This document shows, in pieces, positions 26,865 through 36,494 of a DNA stretch of 64,000 nucleotides (position 1 is its first letter; each line of letters opens with the position of its first letter). The stretch is from positions 1 to 64,000 of IMG/VR virus record IMGVR_UViG_3300046680_000412; one strand, 5' to 3'. The notes beneath the pieces were generated by a model. The model saw nothing but the letters and a program-made list of their open reading frames with translations, did no database searches and had not been told where the DNA came from. The stretch comes from a virus. The translations under genes and the position numbers were made by a program.

Positions 26865-28169
26865 ATGACGATCATTCAAGACCTCGCGTTCAACCCATTC
26901 GAGACGGCTTCGTCGCCGATGCTCGGGTTCAGCCCGGGTGCGTTCGCCTCCATCGTGTCGCGGCCGCGACCAGAGTTGTCGCTGCTTATCTATCGTTTTT
27001 TGATCGAGGGCATTCGCGAAGAAGACCAGGTCAACGGCGCGCAATTTCTCGAACGCTTTTTGCAGGGTCCGCAAGGCGTGTGGGACGGCATCGACCGTTC
27101 GATTCGGACGCTCCCGGATATGTGGTCGGTCACGAAATCAGCCGATCGCTTTTTGCCATTTCTGAAATGGATTGTGGGCTGGACCTCCGAGCTCGACTAC
27201 ATCACCAACGACTTGGATGCGGTGACGTTGCGCCGCTTGATCGCGGCGTCGGCACCGTTCTGGAAGATCCGCGGCACTGAAGATGCGTTGGCCGAGATCC
27301 TTCGCCTGACGACGGGCGCGCGCCTGCGTGTCGTCAACTGGTTCGACGTGCGTTACGTGGTGGGAGAGCAAGTTCTTGGCGAGCAGCACCAAGGCAACGA
27401 CACATGGATGCTTTCGTACGGCGCGCCTGACTACAACGAAAACCGCATGAACTTGCGAATCGTCGACAACGGCTCGCTCAATCGGCGCTTGGTGCGCAAT
27501 CTCACGAAGCTGACGCGCCCGGGAGGCGAGCACATCACGATCAGCTATCTCGGCTTTCTCGATCAGTTCACCACTGACGGCGACTCGTCACAGTGGACAG
27601 AAAAAGTCGGCACTGACACGCCAACCGTGATCGATGGTGAGATGGCTATCGGGCCATCTAACTCTGTCTACGCCAATGTCATCGGCGCGGACAGTTGGCG
27701 AAACTACGTCGTGAGCGTGACGTTTCGTGGCGGCAGCTTGGTGTTTGAGACGTACCGCACGGGCGATGGCGACGCGTACATATTTTTGGTCAACACGACG
27801 GACGGCGGGACGGTCTACGTATTCAAGTTGGTCGCGGGCACGGCGACGGCGATAGCTCTCGGCACGACGTACACAACGCCCGTGTACAACGGGCTCTTTG
27901 TCGATACGTGGCTGAACTTCGACTCTGAGTCGCTCTACACGCTGCGCGTGTCGATGGTGCCCGAAGGCGCGTCCACGCGCATCACGGTGTGGCTCGATGG
28001 CAATCGACTCGTCGAGCTACTCGACGCCACACACAACCATGGCGGAATCGCGTTCGCAGGCAACTACGGATCCGGAACTGCGCTGGTGTCGGACGTGGAG
28101 TTGTTCTTTTTACCGCTGCAAGAAGATGTGATCGAGCGCGCCGCTCCCGAAGAAGTACTTCCAAGCTAA
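26865..28169 (+). CDS. baseplate/tail protein I (P2 gpI-like) with C-terminal ConA/LamG-like domain
   Basis: FLPFLKWIVGW...RRLI..S..FWKIRGT..AL..IL; C-terminal W.NY..SV, YTLRV...ITVWLDG...HGGIAF. Confidence 0.75.
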   Translation: MTIIQDLAFNPFETASSPMLGFSPGAFASIVSRPRPELSLLIYRFLIEGIREEDQVNGAQFLERFLQGPQGVWDGIDRSIRTLPDMWSVTKSADRFLPFLKWIVGWTSELDYITNDLDAVTLRRLIAASAPFWKIRGTEDALAEILRLTTGARLRVVNWFDVRYVVGEQVLGEQHQGNDTWMLSYGAPDYNENRMNLRIVDNGSLNRRLVRNLTKLTRPGGEHITISYLGFLDQFTTDGDSSQWTEKVGTDTPTVIDGEMAIGPSNSVYANVIGADSWRNYVVSVTFRGGSLVFETYRTGDGDAYIFLVNTTDGGTVYVFKLVAGTATAIALGTTYTTPVYNGLFVDTWLNFDSESLYTLRVSMVPEGASTRITVWLDGNRLVELLDATHNHGGIAFAGNYGSGTALVSDVELFFLPLQEDVIERAAPEEVLPS

Positions 28170-28188
28170 AGACGAAAGGGCACGTCCA

Positions 28189-30651
28189 ATGCCGACAGCC
28201 GCAGAGTTTGCACTTTTCACAGACCGGAAACTGATGGGGTCTGTCGATTTCGATTCGTACTTGATCAAGTACTTGCGAAACGACATTCGCGCGTCCGTAA
28301 AGCGTCTTTTCGTCCAGGGCGCTTTTCAGGAAAAGATGCCGCTGTCGAGCCCAGGAACCAACCTGATCCAGGTTGGGCTCAAGCCTACGTACGGAGACGG
28401 CTTCGCGCACGATGGCTCCGGCCGCTTGCTCGATCTCGAACAGATCGATCGTACCGCGAGATTCGAGAACGAGAACGGCCAGCTTTACGAAGTCGGCGCG
28501 GCTTACGTCGAGTACCCCGTTGGGATCCGGATCAACCCACGTAGTGGCCAGCCCGAATACGATCGCATGATCGAAGGCATTGGCCTGCAGGCCTCGCCTG
28601 ACAGCGTCACGAACAACGTGGACACGTTGACGTTTCGCGTGGACGCGCTCTTCGAGCACGGCGGCGCCGGATTTCATGTCGGTAGACAGGTCCGAGTGTT
28701 TCTGCTTACGCCGGCACTGGGCGCAACGACAGCGGAGGTCGCCATTGAGACGTGCACGGTCACGTGGAACGGCACTCAAAACGTGATCGAGACAGTGGGC
28801 TTGCTGGGCCAAACGAACGTGCTCATGTCGGGCACCTACTACGTGGTGCAGTTGATTGGCGTGCACGTATTTCGCGACAGCGCCAGCAACCGCCCGTCCG
28901 AACGGCCGGACGAGGTTTTCTTCGTCGGCACGGTGACGGGAAACGGCGGCGGCACGCCGTCGGTGTTTGACATCACTGACCAGAACCTGATCCAAGCACA
29001 GGCGGCCGGTTCAGTGACGGTCGAGATGCTGCCGGATTGGGCTGATGGCACGTCGAATGCGGGAGGTGACGCGCAAAGCGTCTTTGAAGATTTGATTCAT
29101 GACCTGACGTCCACGACGGGCGGACGCGGCGCGGCCAAGCTCACCGCTGCCGCCTTGGCGAATTGGGCCGATGGCACCCCTAACCCCGCGGACATTTTGA
29201 GCGATACGATCGCCAAGATCATCACGGATCTCACGTCGACCGACGGCGAGGCGGGCGCAGGAAAGCTCACGGTCGCGGCGCGCGGGAGCTGGGCGGACGG
29301 GACGCCCAACGCCGCTGCGCGCCTCAGTCAAGCACTGGCTAAAATCATCAGCGACCTCACGGGGACTTCGGGCACGCGAGGTTCTGGCAAAATTACTGCC
29401 CCCGCAATGCCGCCCTGGGCTGACGCCTCTGTCATTCCGGCAGGCACCATCGGGGCGCAGCTCGGCGCGATGATTACGTCATTGGCGGGCACCGACGGAA
29501 CGCTCAAGATCGTCGCCCCGGATCTGTCCGGTTACCCGATCGATCTTCCTCCCGGCACGCTTCACGATACGTTAGCGCTCATGCTGGTCTCGACGAATCA
29601 TGCGTTGCTCTCGGCCAAGCGTCGTGCGGAAGGAGTCGGCGTACAGACCCTGAAGCTTCTTTTTACGAATACCGACTGGACGCTGTATGACATCGCGTGC
29701 CTAACGGATGGATTTGATCACCCGCTGGCATTTGTCGCGGTAGGCGATCACGGCTCGATCGTTTCGCGCGCGGGCATCTCTGGCCAGTGGACAGCACACG
29801 CGCCCGGAGGCAGCTACACGGGCGACTTCAAAGCGATCGAAGCGGGCCTGAATGGGTTTGCCGCCGTAGGGAGCAACGGCGAGATCCAAACAACCACCGA
29901 TCCCACTGTGTGGAACTCGCGACATTCGTCTGGCAACCATTTCACGGACATTGCGTACAAACCCGATGCCACGGCGATCTTCTGCGCCGTGGGTTTGGGC
30001 GGCTACATTTGGACTTCAACCAACTTGACCAGCTGGACGCAGCGCACCGGCGCGCCCGGCATGACTTCAGACAACTACGTCGCGATCACGTGGGGCTACG
30101 GCAAGGGGCACTCGTCGGGCCCGACGGGATTGTTCGTTGTGACCACCGACGGCGGCAAGGTGATGACGAGTCCGGATGGTATTGTTTGGACGGCGCAGTC
30201 GTCCGGTACCATCACGGGCACGACGCCCAAGTTTCTTGATCGCATGCTGCAGAACAACCCCGTGTTTGGGTTTGTGGCGCTGTACACGCGATCGAGTGAC
30301 ACCCAGATCGGTATCGCGTATTCCGATGACGGCGTGACCTGGACGATCATTTCGTCGTTGACGTCGAACTTCGACGAGCCCAACTTGCGCTTGGCTTTGC
30401 TCGACGAAAGCATGTTGTATCTGTCGACCAAGAGCGCCACGCAACCTTACTCGCTCAATGCGATGCAAGTCTTCGACAGGGTCACGATGCCGACGCCGAC
30501 CTCGTCAGATTTGTTCACGAGCATCTACGACGTCGGCGAATGCTACCCGTTCGGCGGACTGAACGCGCTCGGAACACTGTTCGTAGTCGGGCGCCTCAAC
30601 AACGGCGACGGCTGCATCATGAGCGGCGCGCCGTTCCGGCCGACCTACTGA
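28189..30651 (+). CDS. tail fibre/receptor-binding protein with 42-aa repeats and C-terminal beta-propeller
   Basis: WADG repeats at 29038, 29164, 29290 and 29416; FVAVGDHG, AVGSNGEI, TSPDGIVWT and YSDDGVTWT boxes. Confidence 0.72.
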   Translation: MPTAAEFALFTDRKLMGSVDFDSYLIKYLRNDIRASVKRLFVQGAFQEKMPLSSPGTNLIQVGLKPTYGDGFAHDGSGRLLDLEQIDRTARFENENGQLYEVGAAYVEYPVGIRINPRSGQPEYDRMIEGIGLQASPDSVTNNVDTLTFRVDALFEHGGAGFHVGRQVRVFLLTPALGATTAEVAIETCTVTWNGTQNVIETVGLLGQTNVLMSGTYYVVQLIGVHVFRDSASNRPSERPDEVFFVGTVTGNGGGTPSVFDITDQNLIQAQAAGSVTVEMLPDWADGTSNAGGDAQSVFEDLIHDLTSTTGGRGAAKLTAAALANWADGTPNPADILSDTIAKIITDLTSTDGEAGAGKLTVAARGSWADGTPNAAARLSQALAKIISDLTGTSGTRGSGKITAPAMPPWADASVIPAGTIGAQLGAMITSLAGTDGTLKIVAPDLSGYPIDLPPGTLHDTLALMLVSTNHALLSAKRRAEGVGVQTLKLLFTNTDWTLYDIACLTDGFDHPLAFVAVGDHGSIVSRAGISGQWTAHAPGGSYTGDFKAIEAGLNGFAAVGSNGEIQTTTDPTVWNSRHSSGNHFTDIAYKPDATAIFCAVGLGGYIWTSTNLTSWTQRTGAPGMTSDNYVAITWGYGKGHSSGPTGLFVVTTDGGKVMTSPDGIVWTAQSSGTITGTTPKFLDRMLQNNPVFGFVALYTRSSDTQIGIAYSDDGVTWTIISSLTSNFDEPNLRLALLDESMLYLSTKSATQPYSLNAMQVFDRVTMPTPTSSDLFTSIYDVGECYPFGGLNALGTLFVVGRLNNGDGCIMSGAPFRPTY
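29030..29530 (+). repeat. four coding repeats with an exact 126-nt (42-aa) period
   Basis: WADGTxN......L.KII.DLT...G..G.GKLT units; the Trp codons are spaced 126 nt apart. Confidence 0.85.
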
Positions 30652-30668
30652 CGGAAAGGATCTTTTCC

Positions 30669-31154
30669 ATGGGAGTGTTGTACTCAGAGATTCGAAAGGT
30701 CAACGACTGCCTGATTACGCTGTCGCGTCAGAAGATTCTCAATCGTCGCGACCTCAAGGGCGTGACCGAGTTGACCGATGCGGCCGCGCTCAATGCCCAC
30801 ATCGATGGCTACTTGGCGGCGCGCGAAGTGCTGTTTCGCGACGTCGTCAAACTTTTTTTGACCGTCTATTCCGATCCGTGTCTGGTGCTCGACGGCGAGC
30901 CCGTGCTAGTCGCCATGTACCGACTCACCGGTGGCAATGAGTACGGCGTTTACTATCGCTGGAAGTGCTCGCCGATCATGGATGCGTTGGCCGACTTCAG
31001 GATCGGCTTTTCCGAAAACGGCGATCTGATTCTCATGGAGGCCGATTCGATCGCGCGCGCCGCGGCGTCGCTCGGCTTCAGCTCTGAAGTGACGCCCGAA
31101 TGGGACGTGACCATGGTGATGGGCCAGCGGCTCATCCGAAAGAAGGAGGCATAG
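30669..31154 (+). CDS. hypothetical protein
   Basis: ATG after GAAAGGA; 161 aa; no recognised motif. Confidence 0.65.
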   Translation: MGVLYSEIRKVNDCLITLSRQKILNRRDLKGVTELTDAAALNAHIDGYLAAREVLFRDVVKLFLTVYSDPCLVLDGEPVLVAMYRLTGGNEYGVYYRWKCSPIMDALADFRIGFSENGDLILMEADSIARAAASLGFSSEVTPEWDVTMVMGQRLIRKKEA

Positions 31155-31157
31155 TTC

Positions 31158-31721
31158 ATGGACGACAGCGTACTAGGGACATTGCAAACGTACGTGCTGC
31201 CGCATTGGCCATTCGTGTTCATGTCGTTCGCGCTCGGGACGGTCGGGCAGTTCTTCAAGACCAAAGTCTGGACGCTCGAAAATGCCGTGAGGGGCGGCAA
31301 GTTCATGACGCTCATGCACACGACGCTCGGCATACATGCTCCGCTGGCCGGTGCGCTTGCGGGCGCGCTCGGAGCGCCAGCCTCGCCCGGGGTCAACACG
31401 TGGCTTGCGCGCGCTCTGTATCACTTCGTCGCGGGAGCTATGGCCGCGTGGACAGTGGCCGCGTGGAAGCATTTCATGCTGTCGCGCGGCATCGTGCTCG
31501 CTGAGTCGATGCTGCCGCCGCCAATCGTGCTGCGAGCACCGGACGGCGCGCCGGTGACTCCGGGGACTTGTCGCGTGCAGGTAGGCGGCAATGTCCGTGG
31601 CGATGATTTGTATCCATGTGGTCTGCCGTTGCCGTGCCACGTGCATGACAGTCGCCCTGACGCAAACGCGAATTTGCCGCAGCTGCCAACAGTGCCGCCG
31701 CCGATCGGTGACAGCAAATGA
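31158..31721 (+). CDS. putative holin-like membrane protein
   Basis: AGGAGG RBS; about three hydrophobic segments followed by a Pro/Cys/His tail; follows the tail genes. Confidence 0.5.
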   Translation: MDDSVLGTLQTYVLPHWPFVFMSFALGTVGQFFKTKVWTLENAVRGGKFMTLMHTTLGIHAPLAGALAGALGAPASPGVNTWLARALYHFVAGAMAAWTVAAWKHFMLSRGIVLAESMLPPPIVLRAPDGAPVTPGTCRVQVGGNVRGDDLYPCGLPLPCHVHDSRPDANANLPQLPTVPPPIGDSK

Positions 31722-31981
31722 TGTCGCTCAAAAAGGCGCTCGCGCGCGCGGATCGTTTGTGTCCGCCAGATCATCCGAGCGGTCGGCGTGTGCTCTTTAC
31801 GGTTTCGTCGCGACCGATACGCTCGCGCAAGGGCGAGCCGGCCATTCCGAAGGCAGAGCTCGAAGAACAGCTCACGACGGCCGAAGCGATCGGCGTGCTG
31901 GCGGAAGAAGTTCGGCGGCTGCGCGCGCTCGAAAAGGCTCGCGCCAAACTCCGCAAAGCTTCTTTGGGGAAGGAATCATGA
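31718..31981 (+). CDS. hypothetical basic protein
   Basis: ATGA overlaps on both sides. Confidence 0.55.
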   Translation: MMSLKKALARADRLCPPDHPSGRRVLFTVSSRPIRSRKGEPAIPKAELEEQLTTAEAIGVLAEEVRRLRALEKARAKLRKASLGKES

Positions 31982-32361
31982 CGGTCGCGATCGCGTGGTT
32001 GACGCGCGCGTGGGGCGCCATCGTGGCCGCAGCGAAGTGGCTTTGGGCTCATCCTGCCGCGCTCGCCGCGGCCGCGGGCACGCTCTTGGGTGCGCTCGTC
32101 GTGTTGCGCTCGAAGCGCAACCAAGTCGAAAACCTCAAAGATGCGATCGAAGTGCAGCGCATTCGCACGTCGGTCGCACGCGATGAAGCCAAGGTCGAAG
32201 TGCTCACCCAAAACGCCGACGAGCACGCTGGGAAGGTGGCCGAGCTACAGATCCAGATCGCGGACAGCAAACGGCGGGCGGCCGAGCTCGCGCACGCTAC
32301 GTCGTTGGAGGGCCGAACGGATGACGAAGTCGCAAAGATGTTTTCGGACGCTGGCCTGTAG
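31978..32361 (+). CDS. N-terminally anchored coiled-coil protein (i-spanin-like)
   Basis: ATG after AAGGA; TM segment AALAAAAGTLLGALVVL followed by a heptad-rich helix. Confidence 0.55.
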   Translation: MTVAIAWLTRAWGAIVAAAKWLWAHPAALAAAAGTLLGALVVLRSKRNQVENLKDAIEVQRIRTSVARDEAKVEVLTQNADEHAGKVAELQIQIADSKRRAAELAHATSLEGRTDDEVAKMFSDAGL

Positions 32362-32803
32362 TTTGGTCGCGCTGGCGTTCGTGAGCGCCTCCGCGGCGCG
32401 CGCCTGCGACACCGCGGCGTTGGCGACGCGCGAGTCCACATGCGTCGTGCAAGACCGCCTAGGCGTGCCAGGCGTGTGGTTTGTGCTGGCCACGGCCGAA
32501 GAGCTGCGGGCTTCCCATCAGCTGGTTCCCGAGCTTCGCCTACAGCTGGAAAAATACAACGAAATCGACCTACAGCGGACGGCAGAGGCGATTGACCTAC
32601 GCAACGCAATCGCCTCACAGCGCGACGCAGTGGCCAAGCTCAAAGCCGAGACAGTGGCCAGCGACAAGGCCATGCGCGCGGCGCAAGACGACGCCACGGC
32701 TGCCCGGACCGACCTTGACCGATGGTGGCGGAGCCCCTTTTTGTGGTTCGCCGTAGGCGCGCTTGCAGGGGCCTTGGCGGGCGTAGCTATCGCCTCGCAC
32801 TAG
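32321..32803 (+). CDS. secreted coiled-coil protein with C-terminal TM helix (spanin-like)
   Basis: ATG after GGAGG, overlapping the upstream gene by 41 nt; signal peptide LACSLVALAFVSASAARA-C; C-terminal WWRSPFLWFAVGALAGALAGVAI. Confidence 0.55.
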   Translation: MTKSQRCFRTLACSLVALAFVSASAARACDTAALATRESTCVVQDRLGVPGVWFVLATAEELRASHQLVPELRLQLEKYNEIDLQRTAEAIDLRNAIASQRDAVAKLKAETVASDKAMRAAQDDATAARTDLDRWWRSPFLWFAVGALAGALAGVAIASH

Positions 32804-32828
32804 GTGCCCAAATAGCGCACATGCACGC

Positions 32829-34340
32829 GTGCGCGCTGTGCGCTCGGTACGTAACGCTGTGGCCGTCACGTTGAGAATTTCCAATCGCCTCGTTCGCGTC
32901 GACGGGGTTGACCTCAAGACCTTGCGCGCGCTCGACGCCGTGTGCTCCTACCGCGTCGCGGGCTACTGGTTTTCGCCCGCATACAAGTCGCGCCGGTGGG
33001 ACGGCAAAGAGCATCTCTTCAAGTTCACGCAAAAGCGCGGCTACCACGCGCCGTCAGGCATGACTGAAGAGATCGCGCGTCTCTTGCGCAAGCGCAAGGT
33101 CCCCTACTCGGTCGTGTTCGATACGAAGCTCCACAGTCGCTTCAAGCGATTCGAGTGGAATCCCGACGTCGTGCTGCGCGACTACCAAAACGAAGCCGTG
33201 CGCGGGCTGTTGCGAGGCGCGGTCCCCGGCCGTGGTGTGTTGAAGATGCCCATTCGCTCGGGCAAGACCAAGACAGTTGCGCGCGTGCTGCACAAGCTCG
33301 GGCGCAGCGCAGTGATCGTCGTTCCGTCGCGCTGGCTTCTGCACCAAACGATCGCCAGCTTGCGTGAGTGCATGCCTGACGCCCCGATCGGTCAAATCGG
33401 AGACGGCGTGTTCGACGTGCAGTTCTTCACCGTGGCCACGATTCAGTCGCTGTCGAACATGGCGCCGGTGCGCAAGACGCGCAAGAAAAAGGGGCGCGCT
33501 GCGCATCCGGAATACGCCAACTTGATGTCTCGCTTTGACGTGGGCGTGTTCGACGAAGCGCATCACGTGCGAGGTGACGGCGACTGGTATCGCGTGTTCA
33601 TCGATCTGGACGCGCGCTTCAAGATCGGCGTGTCGGCCACGATCTTTTTCGACAACACCAAAGAACAAGAGTCAGGGATCATCTGGTTGCGCGGCGCATG
33701 CGGGCCGATTCGCTACGAGGTGTCCGCGTCACGGCTCATCCAGGCTGGCTATTTGCTGCCGCAGACGGTCAAGATGTACCGCGTTCACGAGCCGGCCGAG
33801 CTTCGTAATGCGAAGTACAGCGCCACGCTCAAGAAGCAATGCATCACTGAGAACGCGCATCGCAACACGATGATTGCGCGCATCGTGCGCGATTACGCGC
33901 ATGCCGACAAACCCCGTAAGGTGCTCGTGATCGCGCGCGAGCTCGCGCACATCGAAGCGATCGGCACGGCATTGGAAGAGCTCGACGTCAGCTTCCGCGT
34001 GCTCACGGGCACGACGCCGCATGACCAGCGCATGGACTACGTCGACGAGTTCTGCAGCAAGCGCGGCCCGCACGTGCTCGTCGGCAACGTGCTCGGCGAA
34101 GGCGTGGACATCCCGGACGTCGAGATCGTGGTGAACGCCGAGGGAGGCCGGGACGAAAAGCAAACGTGGCAGCGCCAGCGCAACCTGACGGTCGTGGAGG
34201 GCAGCGACAAGGTGCCGATCATGATCGATTTCTACGACTGCATGTCGAGCGTGTTCGAGAAGCACAGCAAGGCCCGGCTCAAGGTCTACCGGTCGGAGTC
34301 GGAGTTCAGCGCTGAGGTCCTCGAATGCGACGCCGACTAG
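32829..34340 (+). CDS. superfamily 2 DNA helicase (UvsW/ResIII-like)
   Basis: LRDYQ Q-motif, MPIRSGKT Walker A, DEAHH, SAT, LGEGVDIP. Exact start uncertain. Confidence 0.9.
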   Translation: MRAVRSVRNAVAVTLRISNRLVRVDGVDLKTLRALDAVCSYRVAGYWFSPAYKSRRWDGKEHLFKFTQKRGYHAPSGMTEEIARLLRKRKVPYSVVFDTKLHSRFKRFEWNPDVVLRDYQNEAVRGLLRGAVPGRGVLKMPIRSGKTKTVARVLHKLGRSAVIVVPSRWLLHQTIASLRECMPDAPIGQIGDGVFDVQFFTVATIQSLSNMAPVRKTRKKKGRAAHPEYANLMSRFDVGVFDEAHHVRGDGDWYRVFIDLDARFKIGVSATIFFDNTKEQESGIIWLRGACGPIRYEVSASRLIQAGYLLPQTVKMYRVHEPAELRNAKYSATLKKQCITENAHRNTMIARIVRDYAHADKPRKVLVIARELAHIEAIGTALEELDVSFRVLTGTTPHDQRMDYVDEFCSKRGPHVLVGNVLGEGVDIPDVEIVVNAEGGRDEKQTWQRQRNLTVVEGSDKVPIMIDFYDCMSSVFEKHSKARLKVYRSESEFSAEVLECDAD

Positions 34341-35818
34341 GCAAGCGACGCGACCGCAAGGAACGCATCAAGGCCGTCCCGACGCTCTACCCAGACGAGG
34401 GGCCGTGCGGCCTCGTCGAGGCGTACGAGCAGCTGACGCGCGGCGCATACGCCATCTGGCTTCGCATGTCGGTAGCCGAGCGCTCGGAGCTGCGCATGGG
34501 CCGCGGGCAGCTGTCCAAGCTGCTCGGCTATTCGCGCCGGCAAGGCGACGAGCTCTTTCGCGAGCTCGAACGCAAGGGCTTCATCATGTTCATCCCGCAC
34601 GGCCCGTGGCGCCGGACCATCATCGTGATCGTGCGCAAGCCGCTCTTGGAACGCGGGCACGGCTTCACACGTTTTTCCTCGCTTCTGTTCTCGCCGATTT
34701 CAGAGATGCATTTTCGAGAACTGGTATCGGGGAAATCTGTGTCGCTGGATCCTCCGAATAGCTATGGCCTTCTAGGGGTCGCCACGCACTTACCAGAATC
34801 AGTCAATCACTTACCCATTTCGTTCACTCAGTTACCGTTTCCGTCACGCACTTACCAAATGCCATTTGGGGCGCCCCACAAATCTCTGGGTTTCACGACA
34901 GCCCACGCAACAGAGATCGGTCAAAAAATGCACGCTTCAACCTCACGTGTGAAACGCCAGAAGTTTATAGCTGAAGGTCAATATTTTGACGCATTGGCTG
35001 CGTATAGAGATCAGATCAGTAATTGTAAGAGAGAAGAATTAGACAGAAGACGATTGCTACGAAGTAGCAATCGCGCAAGACGCGACGTGCGCAACGCAGC
35101 CAACCGCGCCCGGGGCATCGAGGTGCTCGATTGGAACGACTTGGACATCGTGACGTTCGACCCTCGCCGGCCCAAGCACGCGCTCATGTGCGCTGTGCTC
35201 GATCGCAAGTCCCGGGATCCCGAGCGCATGGCGCTGGTGAAACGGCTTGAGTCGGAGTTTTGCCGGCTCTACTCGCGCTACCGTCGTGCGGCGGAACGTG
35301 CATCGGGTCGACCCGTGGTTTCGTACAAAGTCACGAGCAAAGAGCGAAAGTATGCAGCCGCGGCCGGAGTCCTGTGCGTTCAGCGCGGAGTGACGCCGCG
35401 GCACCTGATGCAGTTTTGGCACGCGAACATCAAACACTTTCGGCGCGCATCGCACATGACGGTGCCGACGCTTTCGTTTCTCTCTGCGCCGGCCAACATC
35501 GACACCGTCGCGTGCGGGCTTGTGCTCGACGAGACGGCGCCCGGTGGCGCGCGCATCGGCGCCTCGACGGCCGAGGCGGATGGCAGCGACTTGCGCCCCA
35601 AGGCGGGCAACAGCTTCAGCGACACATCGAGGCTCGATCCCCGGCTGCGGTCGGGGCTGGAAAAATCTGGGTTCTCCACGACCGAGCTCAACGACCGGTA
35701 CCTTCTCACCGTGCAGAAGAACGCGCTCGGGATAGCCAACGGTCGGGACATTTTCATCGGACGGGGTCCCTTGCGCGATATGTCTCTTTGGGCAGCGCGG
35801 AACCTGTATGCGAAGTGA
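34325..35818 (+). CDS. putative replication initiator (N-terminal winged HTH; contains the candidate origin)
   Basis: GRGQLSKLLGYSRRQG..LFRELERKGFI wHTH; internal iteron-like repeats and AT-rich tract; directly upstream of a DnaC-like loader. Confidence 0.65.
   Translation: MRRRLGKRRDRKERIKAVPTLYPDEGPCGLVEAYEQLTRGAYAIWLRMSVAERSELRMGRGQLSKLLGYSRRQGDELFRELERKGFIMFIPHGPWRRTIIVIVRKPLLERGHGFTRFSSLLFSPISEMHFRELVSGKSVSLDPPNSYGLLGVATHLPESVNHLPISFTQLPFPSRTYQMPFGAPHKSLGFTTAHATEIGQKMHASTSRVKRQKFIAEGQYFDALAAYRDQISNCKREELDRRRLLRSSNRARRDVRNAANRARGIEVLDWNDLDIVTFDPRRPKHALMCAVLDRKSRDPERMALVKRLESEFCRLYSRYRRAAERASGRPVVSYKVTSKERKYAAAAGVLCVQRGVTPRHLMQFWHANIKHFRRASHMTVPTLSFLSAPANIDTVACGLVLDETAPGGARIGASTAEADGSDLRPKAGNSFSDTSRLDPRLRSGLEKSGFSTTELNDRYLLTVQKNALGIANGRDIFIGRGPLRDMSLWAARNLYAK
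34782..35050. other. candidate replication origin: four iteron-like repeats plus AT-rich region
   Basis: CACTTACC at 34787, 34808 and 34849, and CAGTTACC at 34829. The sequence from about 34920 to 35050 is visibly AT-rich against the GC-rich background. Confidence 0.7.
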
Positions 35819-36494
35819 GGTCGAGTGTGATGAGTTTGCAACAGCGGTGGCCGATCAGCTGGGCGAGGATGATCCTCGCTGTCGCTATCGTTTGGCGTGC
35901 TACGAGGCTTGCATCCCGCGCACGTTCTGGGGCGTGGCGAGCTCGGACGTTTCGTACAACGAAACCGTCTTTCGCGGGGTCGTGGTGCGGTATCGGCGAC
36001 GGCTCAAGCGCGCGTTGCGCAACGGCTACTCGCTGCTTTTTGTGGGCGACAACGGCGTCGGGAAAACGATGTTCATGTCGTACCTGCTTACGCAGGCCAT
36101 CAAGCGCGGATTCACTGCGTACTACACCACGCTTACTCAGCTCGATGCGGACATCAAGCGCGGCTTTCGCGATCGCGACGCCGACCAGCGACTGCAGGCC
36201 ATGCTCGAAAGCGACTTTGTTGCGATCGACGAAGTCGGCAAAGAGCGGTTCAAGCCAGATAGCTTCACGACGTCACAGTTCGAGTCGTTTCTCAAGCGCC
36301 GCTACGACGACGGAGAGCCCGTGTTGCTCGGTTCGAACGCGGCCCACGATGATCTCTGTAAGATGTATGGGGCCACGATCGAGAGCATGATCGAGGGCCG
36401 CTACCAGGTTGTGTCCCTCGAACCGGGAGACTGCAGGCGCGACCACAAGCGACGGATGAAGCGCGCCATGCGCTTCGGAGGCAAGGGCAAATGA
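35808..36494 (+). CDS. DnaC/IstB-like helicase loader ATPase
   Basis: GDNGVGKT Walker A, VAIDEVGKE Walker B, LKRRY....P.LLGSN. Confidence 0.88.
   Translation: MRSEVECDEFATAVADQLGEDDPRCRYRLACYEACIPRTFWGVASSDVSYNETVFRGVVVRYRRRLKRALRNGYSLLFVGDNGVGKTMFMSYLLTQAIKRGFTAYYTTLTQLDADIKRGFRDRDADQRLQAMLESDFVAIDEVGKERFKPDSFTTSQFESFLKRRYDDGEPVLLGSNAAHDDLCKMYGATIESMIEGRYQVVSLEPGDCRRDHKRRMKRAMRFGGKGK

Noticed and set aside
24755-30651. Diversity-generating retroelement or invertible fibre cassette
   Set aside because: No reverse transcriptase, invertase, adenine-specific TR/VR pair or inverted genes were seen in the window.
11997-30651. Stand-alone eCIS or tailocin
   Set aside because: Head-tail connector and neck genes, a TP901-type tape measure and a full replication module indicate a phage, although capsid genes lie outside the window.
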